Counted from the first letter of the stretch, positions 1-12,319 are shown. The stretch is 64,000 nucleotides of DNA from the human T2T-CHM13v2.0 reference genome, Homo sapiens (GCF_009914755.1 NC_060931.1), one strand, 5' to 3'. Numbers and translations are program-made. Notes: generated by a model from the sequence alone, not told the origin.

Positions 1-252
1 AGCTCTGCTCCTGACCTATACTCAGGACTCCAGGCTGATACAGCAGCTGGCATCTTCAATGGGATGAAGGCAATAAGTACCCTGGAGAATCTTGCACTAG
101 CAATTATGTGTTTAATTTTGTTCAAAATTTATTGGCCAGAACGAGTAGGTGACATGGCCCCACCTGATCACAGGGGCCATAAAATTGAATTCTAACAAGT
201 GCCTAGAAGGCAGAGAGTGGCAAATATTGGGTGAGCTACTAAAGCTTATAAC
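1..252 (-). mobile_element. Old MaLR LTR fragment (MLT1K/L-like)
   Basis: attggccagaacgagtaggtgacatggccccacctgatcacagggg resembles the MLT1J/K/L hallmark cattggccagaactagtcacatggccccacctaaccacaaggg; heavily diverged. Confidence 0.55.
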
Positions 253-399
253 AGCAAGCTTTGAAAGGGTAACCCACTTTATAGGGTAACCAACTTTCTA
301 GCCACGAGAGTGAAAAGCCTCTCCACTCCATCTCCTACCCTGACAACTAATTCCATAGTTTAGGTTTGTTCCCTGCAATTCCCAATCTCTTGGTGCCAA

Positions 400-1288
400 T
401 GTCTACAGTATTCAGAATTATTCTGGCTTTTGAATATATGGAATTATTTTGTATATATGATTAAGAAATCCAGGTTTACATTGTGCTTTGGGCATAGCTG
501 GAGACAACAGCTCAAATATTCCCAGGATATTGTCTTTCTCCATATTTTCTGGCTTTGCTGCTTTCTATGTTGGCGTCATTCTCGAAAAGGGTCCCATATG
601 GGATAACAAAATAGCCATTCACAGTTTCAGGCTTACATTCTATTGGTTTAGCAACCCTTATGGAGAGCATATATTGATTTTCTAATACCACTAGCAGAAG
701 TCAGTGGTTCCACTTAGGTTACATACACATCACCTACCACTGTGGCCAAGTCACTTAGTCCATTCAGGCTGCTACAACAAAATTCCTTAGGTGAGTAATT
801 TATAAGCAACAGGAATTTATTATTCATGGTACTGAAGGCCAGGCAGTTCAAGGTCAAAGCAATGGCAGATCTGGTGTCTGGTTAGGGCTTGCTCTTTGCC
901 TCAACGCTGTGTCCTTGTATGGTGGAAGGGGCGAATAAGCTCCCTTGAGCCTTTTTACAAAGGGCACTCATCCCATTCATGAGGGTTCTGCCCTCGTAAC
1001 CTGTTCTATCTCTCAAAGACCACATAATACCACTGCATTGAGGATTAGGTATCAGTATATGAATTTTGGGGTGACACAAACATTCAGCCCTTAGCACCAA
1101 AGACATAATGTTCTCTGATGGGCAGTTCTGAGTCATGGGCACAGCCCCAAACCAGGAGGCAGATTAGCTCCATCAGAACACTATGGGCTGAGAATAGGGG
1201 AGGGGTGGTTCCTGAGAGAAAAGGAAATGTCCTGGGCCAGAAGAGGAAATGCATGATGGACAGGCAAAGCCAATAGATATTTGTTACA
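400..1288 (-). mobile_element. MLT1J-like MaLR solo LTR, split by a nested MLT1A
   Basis: MLT1J-like blocks (ctctgatgggcagttctgagtcatggg; aggggtggttcctgagagaaaagg; caggcaaagccaatagatatttgttaca end) on both sides of 751-1096. Confidence 0.65.
751..1096 (-). mobile_element. MLT1A/MLT1A0 solo LTR
   Basis: Starts tcacttagtccattcaggctgctacaacaaaat, ends gaattttggggtgacacaaacattcagcccttagca; 5-bp TSD ccaag (746-750)/ccaaa (1097-1101). Confidence 0.85.
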
Positions 1289-1294
1289 ATCAAA

Positions 1295-1410
1295 TGTTGT
1301 TTATATCCCCACTTTCTGATTGTGGAAATTAAAACTTAGCAAAATTAAGTAGCAAGCCCCAGATCGTGCAGTGGTAAGCCTGAAATTCAAATGCAAGTCT
1401 GATTGCAAAT
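1295..1410 (-). mobile_element. MIR fragment
   Basis: atccccactttctgattgtggaaattaaaacttagcaaaattaagt resembles the reverse MIR core. Confidence 0.55.
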
Positions 1411-2599
1411 GACGTTTGATATTTACTGTGCTTATTTGCTGGCTAGACATTCCTATTACTGATCTAACAATCTGGAATATATGATAAAATTGTTGCATGA
1501 GCTTTTGAATGCTTAAAGCAAACAATGAGATCTACAGTATTTCTTAATTTTTTTAATGTTGATGAATAAAATGACTCCAAATATAATATGAACCCCCCCA
1601 ACCATCTAAATCTTTCTACAAATTAAAAGACCCCACAATGAATATTTTTTAAGTTCAAAATCTCCTTCAGAAAAATTAAATGGTGGAAATGAGTTAATTG
1701 ATAAATACAAATTCCCTTTTAGAAAGGACACAGATTTAATATAAAATAATTGCCTCTTTATGACTGATTTATCTTAAGCCTGACTGCATTTAAATTATAT
1801 CTTGCCCTTATTCAGACCTTATCTAGGAAAATAAATGAACCTTTAGCTCTGGAAGGAGATAGAATGGAGAATGCCCTATAAGGAGACAAAGAAGAAATAG
1901 CCTGAGTTTTTAAAAGATGGATTGAGATCCCTTTCTCTCCTCCTGGTTGCTGAGGAAGACATACATATCCCACTGCAATAAATCGTGAGTCACTTATAAA
2001 ACAGTTCCTTCTAACGTAGATCTATTAGGAATGGCTTCCCTCCCAACTCCTCCCCCCAGAGCCCACCACTGCTGCCTTGTCCATTCAGAACCTCCTTTGA
2101 GGAGTCTGATGCACAGTCATCTCCCCCAGGGTCCATGGAGAGACCATTTGGTTGCAGACTGTTAGGACAGGGTGCAGCTTGCTTCATTTCTAAGACCTCA
2201 TTCTCATGCTGCACATTTTCCTTTAAAGTAAAATATGTGGCATTCTAGACCTTCAATAGTAATACGATGGGCTCTTCTCCCCCTGTCCCCAAAAGGGAAA
2301 ACAAGGAAATACACAATTTCTCACATCCTTTAAGACCAAATAATGCCAACTCTGACCCCCAAAAAAACGGTGGCTGGGGAGAGGAGCAGGCATCTCCGTT
2401 ATTCTACCTCTTTGTCTAAACAGCCCCAATTTATTGAATAATTGCTGATGCCCCATTTTGTATGTATAGACCTAGAAGAGTTTATATTTTTAATTGTATG
2501 TGCTCAATTTTCTCATAAAATTATATTGTACAAAATAGGGCTGGACATGCAGGATTATCAAATTTGGGAAGCAGTTGAGTAAACATTCTTTCTTTCTCC

Positions 2600-3295
2600 T
2601 TATGATAGCCTGAGTGTCTTTCAAATGTGCAGTTCAGGAACAGATATGAGTGAGAGAGTAGACAGCACATTTGAGGCTGGGCAAGTAGTTATAACCAATA
2701 TGGTATTTACTGGTGACCTTGACCAGAGCAGTTTCCACAGAGCAGTAGAGAGGAAACTCTTGTTGGAGTGGATTCAAAGAGAACATGAAGAGCTGAAATG
2801 GAGACTGAGAGTCGAGACAGCTCTTTTGAGGAGTTTTGCTGAAATTGGGGCAGATAAATCTGGCCATAACTAGAGAGTGATGTGAGATCAAGGGAGAGTT
2901 CTGTTCTGTTTTACAGTGGGAGGGATTGTAGGTTTGTATGCTGAAGGGAATGATCCAGGAGAGAGAAAATAGTGATTCTTGAGTAAAAAAAGGAGGCAAT
3001 TGTTGAAGCATTGTCTTTGAGTAAGAGAGAAAGGGTAAAGTCTAGTGCACAAGCGAAGGGATTGGCCTTGGAGTTCACCCATCCCAACCAGGGGGCATGA
3101 AGTACCCCCAATATAGGTGCAGGTAGCTGGGAGGATATAGTGAAAAGAGCCTATGAAAATTCTCTTCGAGTTGCTTTAGTTTTATTAGTGAAATAGAAAA
3201 TAAAGTATTCAGCTGTGATGAAGGCAGGAAAAGAGGTATTGGAATTCGAGAAGGGAGAAAAGGATATGAAATAATCATCTAGTTGAATGGCAGAA
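2600..3295 (-). mobile_element. L2 LINE fragment including ORF2 reverse-transcriptase remnant
   Basis: Minus-strand translation LNPLQQEFPLYCSVETALVKVT matches the L2/CR1 RT motif LDPLQSGFRxxHSTETALxKVTND; typical L2 purine-rich antisense text. Confidence 0.85.
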
Positions 3296-4071
3296 AGAAC
3301 ACCCTAGAAGAACAATCCAAAGATGCTTATTTCTTGTAAAGTGATAAACTTAAGCTTGACCCCACAGACTCTGGCTGTCAGTGTAAGTTTTGAATTCTGA
3401 TTGGAACTGTCATGTGGTGATTAAATAATGCCTGTTGCACAGTGGCGGAAAGTCTATAGATGATGAATTTAACCTCATGGTCTTTCAAATATTAAATAGC
3501 CTATAAAACAAAAATATTCTCAATTAAATAAAACAAAGATTGTCTCCCTGATAAGGATAGGCCTGAAACTAAAACTGTTCTAAGATGCATTAAAAAATAT
3601 TCCAAGGACTTGAGGAAAAAACATTGCAAGTTGAGATATCAAAAGATAATGCAGCTTCCAAAGTCAGAAACATAATCTAAACCAGAATAATATTCAAATG
3701 CTGTGTAAAAAGGCTCATTAAGAATATTTTTACAGTATAATTTTGGAAGTGCAGAAGACATTAGTATTTAGAGAAACATTTATAAATAAACTTTTAGACA
3801 GTTTTTTGACCTGACTTTCACACTCCAGTAGGATGGCATTCAGGTGGTCCACAATTCCCTGAATCTGCACAGCAAATATCATCTGTAGATGAGTATGTGC
3901 ATATTTCTGCAGGTGAGCACATAACTTTTATTGAATTTTCAAAATAGATCATGAGTCCAAAAGCATTAGGAACTTCCTAAGAAAAGAAAATGATCTACAT
4001 CAGAAAACTTGTCACACAAGTAGAATATTTTACATCAGGAAACTTCTGAAATAAAGATTCAGAAACACCTT

Positions 4072-4266
4072 GGAATAATAGAAACACAATGGACCAGGAA
4101 CCAAGAGTTTGCATTCTACTAGTCTTGCTTCTATTAATAATAAGTTTTTTGATAATGGACAAGCCTCCTCATTTATTGGGCATCAGCTTCCTCACCAGTA
4201 GAGAATGGTGTTGGAACATGTGATTGCTAAGGTCTCTTCCAGTCCAAACATGGTAAGATGCCATGA
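4072..4266 (+). mobile_element. MIR3
   Basis: catcagcttcctcaccagta core and MIR3-type 3' end gattgctaaggtctcttccagtccaaacatgg. Confidence 0.65.
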
Positions 4267-4545
4267 AAATGTACCACTCTGTATGGTTTTCGTTCATAAA
4301 AAATGAGAGAGACTGGCTTTATCTACAATAAAGACTTTGGATGGGGCATTCTGGCTCTTCCTGGATCCTTCTTTTCTCCTCCCTTTAAGTCGCAATGAAA
4401 AATCATCTACCAAATACAGAGAAATAACAAGTTGTCATCTAGAGGCTGCTTTGGCCCAGCTTGTAATGCTAAGTGACGATGAAGACACATTCCCCTCTCA
4501 GGTGCTTGCCAAGAATGGATTTCTAAATATTTACATGTGACATGA

Positions 4546-4981
4546 TGTGTTAGTGCATTTTCTGTTGCTATAACAGAATATTTGACAATGGGTAATTTAT
4601 AAAGAAAACAGATTTATTTAGTATGGATTTGGAGGCTAAGAAGTCAAAAATTGGGCAGCTGCATCTGGTCAGCATCTGGCGAAAGCCTCGTGTTGTGTCA
4701 CAACCTGATGGAGGGTATCTCAGGGTGAGAGGGGCACACAAGATAGAGCCAACTCTGTAACAACCCACTCTTGTGACAACTAACCCAGTCCTGTAACAAC
4801 CTACTGATCCACAAGCCCATTAACCTATTAATTCATTAATTCATGAATGAATTCATCTATTCATGAGAGCAGAGCCCTTGTGACCCAATCACATCTTAAG
4901 GGCCCCACAACTTAATACTGTTACGTTGGGGATTAAGTTTCAAAATGTGTTTCAGGGGGGATGATCATTCATACCATGACA
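4546..4981 (-). mobile_element. MST-family (MSTC/MSTD-like) solo LTR
   Basis: tgtgttagtgcattttctgttgctataacagaata...ggtaatttataaagaaaacagattt; agagcccttgtgacccaatcacatcttaagggcccc; ends ccatgaca. Confidence 0.85.
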
Positions 4982-5211
4982 AAATGGCAGAAAATGTGCA
5001 ACTCCAAGACCAAGAAAACGTGAAGAGGCTGTGACTACCTCCATGTGAGAAACATCTGAGTTCCTCCTGATCCTAAGACCTCCCCACAATGTATGTATGA
5101 TAGCAATTTCCTCTGACAGAGCAGTGAATTTGATGATAGTGCATCGATTGCTGTAAATTGTCTGCTGGGTTACCTGTTCCTACCACCTTAGAGCACTCAC
5201 AGCTCAGTGAC

Positions 5212-5734
5212 TGTGGAAGTCAGCTTCCAAGATGTTCCCCTATGATCCTCCCCTCCTTGTATTCACATCTGTAAAGATTCCTCCCACAATGAATCACAGT
5301 TTCGTTTTGTGACCAACAGAATACAGCAGAAGTAAGGAAATGTGACTTCCAAGGCTAATGAATAAAAGGCTTTGCAGTTTTCTCCTTGGTCAGTTGGAAG
5401 CCACCTGCCATGGACACTCAAGCAGTTCTGTGGAGAGGCTCATGAGGGAAAGAACTGAGGCCCCTCCACCAACATCCAGCACCAACTTGTCAGCTGTGTC
5501 TGTGAGCCATCTAGGAATGAGACCCTCCTGAAGCCCTGGTGAAGCCTTCAGATGACCGTAGCCCCAGCCAACATTTGGCTGCAGTCTCATGGCAGGCTCC
5601 AAGCCAAACCCTACCAGTGAATTTGCTACCAAATTCCTGACTCATGGAAACTGTGTGTGTAATAAATGTTTATTGTATGATAAAGCCACTAAATTTAGGA
5701 GTAATTTCTTACACAGCAATAGATAACTAGTAGA
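5212..5734 (+). mobile_element. MLT1F-like solo LTR
   Basis: tgtggaagtcagcttccaagatg start; aagccttcagatgaccgtagcccc; AATAAA at 5661 then taaagccactaaatttagg...acacagcaatagataacta end. Confidence 0.85.
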
Positions 5735-6162
5735 GTCACTTTGCATCTCTTAGGGTCTATGGCAAATGACACATAATGAATAGAGAAATTGGAACAGACA
5801 ACTGGTTGTCTGTTTCAGTACAGAAACTGGTTGGTATTAAGAGTGACAATTTTTATTATAGTTCAAGCTATAGTACTGTATGTTCTTGAATAAACTATGC
5901 TAATCTAGGCCATCCAAAGACTTCCCAAAATGTATGGTGAGAATAACATTTCCAAGATACTAAACCAATGTTTGTAGCTCCTGATAATTCCTAATTCCTG
6001 GTTGCCCCAAGCCACCACCTGCCCCAACTAAAACAAAAGAATTGATCACATCATAATAAAATTAGAACCTTCAAAGAACAGGCACTGATCTCTTGGAATT
6101 TTTATTTTAAACTTAAGTTTACATGACAATCTGCTTCCACTTACATGATAATCTGAAAGCAT

Positions 6163-6330
6163 ATGTTGAAGTGGCATGGTTCTTGGTTGCAGAAAACAGA
6201 AATGAAATCTACCTAAGCAGAAATTAAAATTATAGGAGGGATATTGGGAGCTCATAACATCCAGAGGCTGACTAAACAAACAGACTTCAACGTCAAAAGC
6301 AGCCCCCACCCTGGAGGCTAGGGATCTATG
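6163..6330 (-). mobile_element. Old MLT1 LTR 3' fragment
   Basis: ggttcttggttgcagaaaacagaaa...ggagggatattgggagctcata typical of MLT1K-N antisense. Confidence 0.5.
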
Positions 6331-6917
6331 AGAGCAAATTGAACATCTGATCTCTCAGCTCTCACCAAACTCACACCATGGCAGAACCTTCACGAAGGGA
6401 GGAAGAGACTCAGATGCTGAACACAAGGAGAGGAAAAAACGTCGTAAGATGCTTCTTCTGTTTTTCAAAGACCCAGAGTTTGTTGTGAGAAAGAGCAAAG
6501 ACCTTTTTCCTAACTCCCAAAGCTGGAATTTTACACATCAGGGACCAAGCCTGGTGGGATATGAACATTAAGTTCATTTGTTTAAGTCAATGCAAGGAGG
6601 ATTACATGAGGCATGGGCAGAAACTGTGAGATAAAGAGAAAGGAAGAAACTCATAGGGTGTGGGTGGGGAAGAGGAAGCCACTAAGGAAGAAGGGTAGGA
6701 AGTCAGATTAGCATCCTTTTGGCTCCCACATCTGAAGTGCCAGGCTGAACTTCAGCAGAAGACATTGGGGTAGGTGTAAGGTGCTTCCAGAATAGGAAAC
6801 TATTTTCTTACTTTCCTTGGGCTCATCCTGTAAATACTCCATGCCTCTTAGAGAAGCCCTGTGGCCAACAGGGCGCTGCTTGCTGCATGGTGCCCGAACG
6901 AAAACAGACAATTCTGA

Positions 6918-7030
6918 GGGAAGTTCCTGAGACCGGGCCAAAGGTTACCACATCCCTGGCCTAGTATTTATGGGACATGGAAATTCCCACGTGCTCCAGA
7001 GGAAACACAGATGGTGACTGATGACGCTGG
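6918..7030. promoter_or_regulatory. Candidate enhancer: two NF-kB sites, RBPJ site, CACGTG E-box
   Basis: GGGAAGTTCC (6918-6927), GGAAATTCCC (6979-6988), TTCCCACG (6984-6991), CACGTG (6988-6993); motif match only. Confidence 0.35.
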
Positions 7031-7609
7031 CTTCCAAGCTGTCCTGGGGAAGACGGTTACCTTGTAGACTCAGCTCCACAGCAGACTCTGCCAGCCAAAT
7101 TCTCAGGAGCAGCCACAGGCAGGCCTCAGGGGATCAGAAGGATGAGGAGGAACCAACAGGCCATGGGTGCCTGATCACAGGTGGACACACCTGCCTCAGC
7201 TACTCAGCAACAGATGCAGCCCAGGGACCAGGAGAACATCACGATGCCTGGAGGATACATGGGCTTCCCTTGCAACTGACCATGATGCTTCTTTGTGAAG
7301 GTGGAGGTGGGGAATGCCCTTGAGATGAGGGAAAGTAATTACCCCACAGAAGTTATTTTACTCAGAGGAGATGGTTGTACTTGAATTGGGAAGACTGAGC
7401 ACTCTCCACCATCTGCAGGAATGGGGCCTTGTCAGCAACTAAGGCTTTCGACGGGAGGTGCCCCCACCCAACAATTTCGGTCATTGCCCTGCTGTCATCT
7501 CCATGATGCTCTGAGTTCTGCTCCTTTGCCTTAATCTCCCATGGCTCTTGAACTCCCAGATTTTTCCTGTAAGACCTGGAGGAGGAAAAGGACTATCTAA
7601 AGAGATCTT

Positions 7610-7882
7610 GCCTATAGTTCCAGTGTTTTGGGAGAGTCAGGTAGGAGGATCACTTGAGGCCAGGAGTTTGAGACCAGCTTGGGCAATATAGCAAGACTCC
7701 ATCTCTACAAAAAATTTAGTAGGTGTAGTGGTGTGCACCCATAGTCCCAGCTGCTCAGGAGGCTGAGGCAGAAGGGTCACTTAAGCCTGGGAGATCCAGG
7801 CTGCAGTGAGCCATGATTGAGCCACTGCACTCCAGCCTGGGCAACAGAGCAAGACCCTGACTCAGAAATAAATAAACAAAAA
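7610..7882 (+). mobile_element. AluJ (Jo-like), slightly 5'-truncated
   Basis: Dimeric Alu with J diagnostics (gaggatcacttgaggccaggag, ggctgcagtgagccatgatt); 12-bp TSD taaagagatctt at 7598-7609 and 7883-7894. Confidence 0.95.
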
Positions 7883-8183
7883 TAAAGAGATCTTACTTTG
7901 GAGACTACTATAGAGGTCCAGGTGAGATATGACACTGCCCTAAATCATGACCTTATCCAAGGACATGGCCAAAGAGCAACTCAACAGCAAATGTTTTTGA
8001 TTCTTCACAGCAGCTCTCAGGTTCTTTGCAGCAACCTCATAAGCCAAGCCCCATCCTCAGCATCTCACTTGCTGGGTATCCCTGGACAGGCCCCTTCACG
8101 TGCTTGGCCTCTGCTTCCTCATTTTTAAAACAGGGTGGAGGTGGTAGTGGTGAGGAATGAGTAGATGATTTTGTTTCTTTTTA

Positions 8184-8185
<2 letters not shown>

Positions 8186-8233
<48 letters not shown>
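8186..8233. repeat. (TG)24 microsatellite
   Basis: Uninterrupted TG dinucleotide run. Confidence 0.98.
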
Positions 8234-8237
<4 letters not shown>

Positions 8238-9369
8238 GCTTTGGTTTTGGTCTAGCCATGGGGAGATGGGGAGGGGATGGGACCACATTCGATTCTCTTA
8301 AATGATGATGGAGCTGTAACATTCTAAGGATTTACGTTACAGCATTCTCTCATGGAAATGCTGTTGCTCCCACAGATCACTACACTTCTAATCTACAAGT
8401 CAACTATTTTATAAACATAACCTGCAAAGTGCTCAGGAAATAGGCCAAAGCTAAGAAAGAAGCCCCTTAAACTACACAGCTCATGGTCTTCACCAGGAGG
8501 TCAACAAGGGCATGCCTTGGTTCTAAGTTTAACAAAAACTATTACCTACAGAAATGGGTGAAGATTACCTCCTAATAGCTTGTCCCCAGGTAGCTGGTCT
8601 AACAATCTCACAGACCAGAAAGGCCAATAAATTGGATCCGAACTGAGTCAACCAGCAGGCAACTACCCCTGCCAGCTCTTTCCTCACCCTGAAATTTAGC
8701 GGCTGTAACCATGGCCAACCAAGCCCCGGCGCTCAGAACACAGCCCAGTACAAACAAGCTCACAGACTGTCTTAATCTTCTAAGGAAATAAAGACAAATA
8801 AAAATCGGCTGACTTGTTCAAACATTAAAAAAAAATGGAGGCAGAGAGAAGGAGGAGCAAGACAAAATATTTTATCATTTTGCGACCAAACACAACCTTG
8901 TAGGAAAATATTTTTGCTATCTCAGTGGTGAAGTTTAGTAGTGTGGTGTCTGTTTTAACTTTTTTTTGCCAGTTCTCCCAAAGGTGGTTTTATTTTGCTG
9001 AAAAGGCAAAGAAAGGGGTTAGAAAAATTAGCATTAATTAAGCTTTATTTCCCTTGGCTACTGGCCACAAAGTTCAAATAAAGTGCAGCCTCTAGCTGAG
9101 TCCCCTCACAAGCAAAATTCAGAATGCATGGCTTAATTCATGGACATTCTGTTTTCCTGACAAGAAAAAGGAGAAATATAGGGATAAGGCTAGAAAAAGT
9201 GAAAAGGTGAACAAGAAGTATGTCTTCTATTTGGCTTCCTTTAATTTCCTGCTTTGAGGGGAAAGAATTGGTGGAAAAAAGAAAGGATACAGACAGGGTA
9301 CAGTTATGTTTCAATCTTGTCAAGTATGTGCAGGTATATTAATAAACAAATGGTCATTTCCGTGAACAA

Positions 9370-10140
9370 AAGCTCCATTCTTCCAGGTCAAAACCTTGGT
9401 CAAAAACCTTGACATTGTCTTTGACCCCTGCCTCACACATCACATCCCTCTAATCTGATTTCAAAATAAATCCAGATCCAATTGCTTCTTAACTCCCCCC
9501 CACCACACTACGAGCACAAGCCACTATTGACCCTTATGTGGAATATTTACATATCCTCCGAACTGGTCTCTGTGCTTTTTTCCAAGAATGTGTTCTTTAC
9601 TCAGTCTGATCTGCCTCCCTCCTACCTCTATGACTTCATCCCCTGTTTCCCCACCTCATTCATTCAGTTCTATCCATGAACTGTTCCTCACACATGCTAA
9701 GCATCCTCTCACCCCAGGGCCTTGGCATTGGATGCCCCCTCTGCCCAGAACACTCTTTCCCCAGATAGGCTCCACAGTTTATTCCCTTGTTCTTTCATGT
9801 CTCTAATGAATGCCTCAAGAGACCAGAGATCTTTCCAGACCACTCTACATAAAATGGCCAATCTCCACGCAGTATTCCAGAGCTCCCTTGCTCATTTTAA
9901 TTTCTTCTTCTCCATAGCATGTACCATCGCTCTACATACAATTATTTGCTTATTTATATTTGATATCCCCCAGTAGAATTTTTACCACCCAACATACATT
10001 TATTCGTTTACTTATTGTCAAAATCTCTTCCATCAGAATTTATACTCCTCGAAGTACTGTTTTGTTTATTGCTGTATCCCCAGTGCCTAGTATACTAGAT
10101 GATGCTCAAATAATATCAGTAGAATAAATAGATAAATGGG
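9370..10140 (+). mobile_element. L2a 3' portion
   Basis: ccagggccttggcattggatgccccctctgcccagaacactctttcccca and terminal ttattgctgtatccccagtgcctag...gctcaaataatat...gaataaatagataaatg. Confidence 0.85.
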
Positions 10141-10199
10141 TGATAAATAACTAAATCCAATCAATACATATGAAAGAAAGAGAAGATGGAGGTGAATAA

Positions 10200-10472
10200 A
10201 GTAAGAAAGAGAAAAAGAAAGAAACGCAACTCCTAAATACATCTCCCGAAGGTAATAATAGTGTGGGTGAATATTTTGTACTTTTCTCAATTTTCCTAAA
10301 TATATAAAATAAAGATATGTTACTTCCATAATTAAAAAAAACCTGATATTTATCTTAAAATACTTTGTGTCAAATTTTAAGATTTTGTTAAGATTTGAGA
10401 ATAGAAAATGAAAGTATATTTTTTGGTTTTTGGTTTTTGTTTTTTTAAGTCAGTGCTTCACAGTTTTAGGAG
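10200..10472 (+). repeat. Copy A of a diverged local direct duplication (contains L1ME-like 3' end)
   Basis: Aligns to 12320-12576; 59/70 gapless identities for 10261-10330 vs 12391-12460. Confidence 0.9.
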
Positions 10473-10619
10473 GACAAGTCAAATGGCGGGGAGGGTTCTT
10501 GAGGTGAAGGTTCAAATTGTCTCATCGGCACCGTCACCCACTGAGTTACCCAAGCCAGACACACGGGCTCCTTGCCCCTCCTCTGTGTCTCCCCTTCTAT
10601 CCCCTCCTCGCCAGCGCTG

Positions 10620-11390
10620 TCTAGTCCCACTGGCATCATCACTACAATCAGACATCCAGCCGTCATTTTTACTCCCTGCTCACTTCCACATCTAAAAGTC
10701 AATCAGATATTCCCAATTTTTCTCCCCACAGTATCCGCCTCTTCTGGCCCACCCACACCATCATTGCCTCAGGGCAGGCTTTTCTCATTTTTCTTCTAGA
10801 TTCCTCCATTCTAATTCCACTCTCTAGTACTACTCCCTCCACTTCAGATGGCCTCCCAGTGTTGAGGGAGTGGTTTTTCTAAAACACAAACCGAATCATC
10901 TCATTCTGCATACATCTAGTATTCCTCAGCTGAGCACACAGCCACGCCCCACTTAACCCACCAAGAGCCGACCCTGTCTGTCCTTCCATCTTCCTCCTGC
11001 AAAGACCCACTGCCCAACCCAACTCCAGCACGCGTGGGTCCCCAAACTCCTTGGTCATCTCCCGACTCCATGCCCACCTGTCTTCTTGGAAAGTCAGTCC
11101 CTCCCCTTCTTGGTCTATTATCAGGCACCTACCCTTTAAAAGCCAGCTCTGTGGCCACCTCCTCTAGTTGGTTCTCCCTAGCTCCCATTGCTTTAGATGC
11201 TGCTCCTCTGGGTTCCCAAAGGAGCATGGACTGTGTTTTAGCCATTGATTTACTCCTCGGAATCTTACATTGACTGTTAGCTCCCTAAGGGAAGGGCCCC
11301 TGTCTTAATGCTGCATTTTCATCATCACACTTAACTCAGGGTTTAACGTCTAGTAGAAATTTAATAAATCCTTGCAAGAGGAAAGAGACA
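10620..11390 (+). mobile_element. L2 (L2b/c-like) 3' portion, highly diverged
   Basis: gtttttctaaaacacaaaccgaatcatctca; gactgttagctccctaagggaaggg; tagtagaaatttaataaatccttg. Confidence 0.6.
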
Positions 11391-11539
11391 GAGGAAAGAG
11401 AAAACCCAGCTAGGTAATTAGATAGGTTAGGGCTATAAATATGTTGAGGGAAAAGTACACAAGGTCTTCAGATGTGCCCAGTAAATCTCTGTGAATGTTT
11501 GCAAACCTTACAGCAGAGATATTTGAAGTGAATAATTTA

Positions 11540-11791
11540 TATTGGTTGAGGGTAGACAGACCTCATGGATTTGCATCCCAGCTGACCCACTTGAAAGCCA
11601 ACTGGCCCTCAGCATGTTACTTAACCAATTTGAGCCTCAGTTTCCTCCTCATTTAAGTGAGAAGAATAATACTGTCTCCCTGCTGAAGCTGGTATGAGGT
11701 TAAATAGGATAATGCATGTAAAGGGCTCAGCACAGTGCCCGAAAGCAGTAAACGGTCAATAAATGTCACTAATGATCATGATGATGATAAT
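11540..11791 (+). mobile_element. MIR
   Basis: gttacttaaccaatttgagcctcagtttcctcctc core; taatgcatgtaaagggctcagcacagtgccc...caataaatgt tail. Confidence 0.9.
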
Positions 11792-12142
11792 CACTATGAA
11801 ACAAGACACTGAAGTGTTTTTAACAGAACAGTTAGGGGAGGTTCAATAATCAAAGTATCCAATATATCAAACCGGAATCTCAATCAATGGTATTTCAAAG
11901 GCCAGCCGCTAAATTAGCATCATCATTTAAGGGCTTGGGGACACCAACCAGCTGCTGTTGATAGCATACAAGCCGGTGTCACAAGAAAAGGCAGGGGCTG
12001 TTCAGATTTCTCATGATTGAACAGCAGTTTTGAAGCTGTGTATTCAGAATCAATCCACAGAATGGCAATGTGTGTTGTGTGAAATAAAGTGTTCCCTGAT
12101 CAAATAGAAGCATGAGATGTTATAAACCGGGTCCAACAGTGA

Positions 12143-12285
12143 TATTTACTGCAGGACTTCTCTCAATGTCTCTGAGAAGGGGGAGGCAGGATTTGCCCAG
12201 CACTTTTTAACCACAATGTCCTGTGCTTTTTAGATCCTCTGGGACTTTTCAAAATGCCCCAATTCAAGGAAAGCTCTGAGGATGT
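12143..12285 (+). mobile_element. MER103C-like hAT-Charlie fragment
   Basis: tttactgcaggacttctc...gaagggggaggcaggatttgcccagcactttttaaccaca resembles the MER103C 3' half. Confidence 0.45.
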
Positions 12286-12319
12286 AGTAATTATAATCCC
12301 AGGTCAGCTGGGAAGGAAG

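Noticed and set aside
2634-3011. 125-aa ORF with RT-like motif as a functional gene
   Set aside because: Degenerate L2 ORF2 relic with frameshifts and stops around it
8508-8517. p53 response element
   Set aside because: Only isolated half-sites (also 32040, 49522, 53232); no paired decamers
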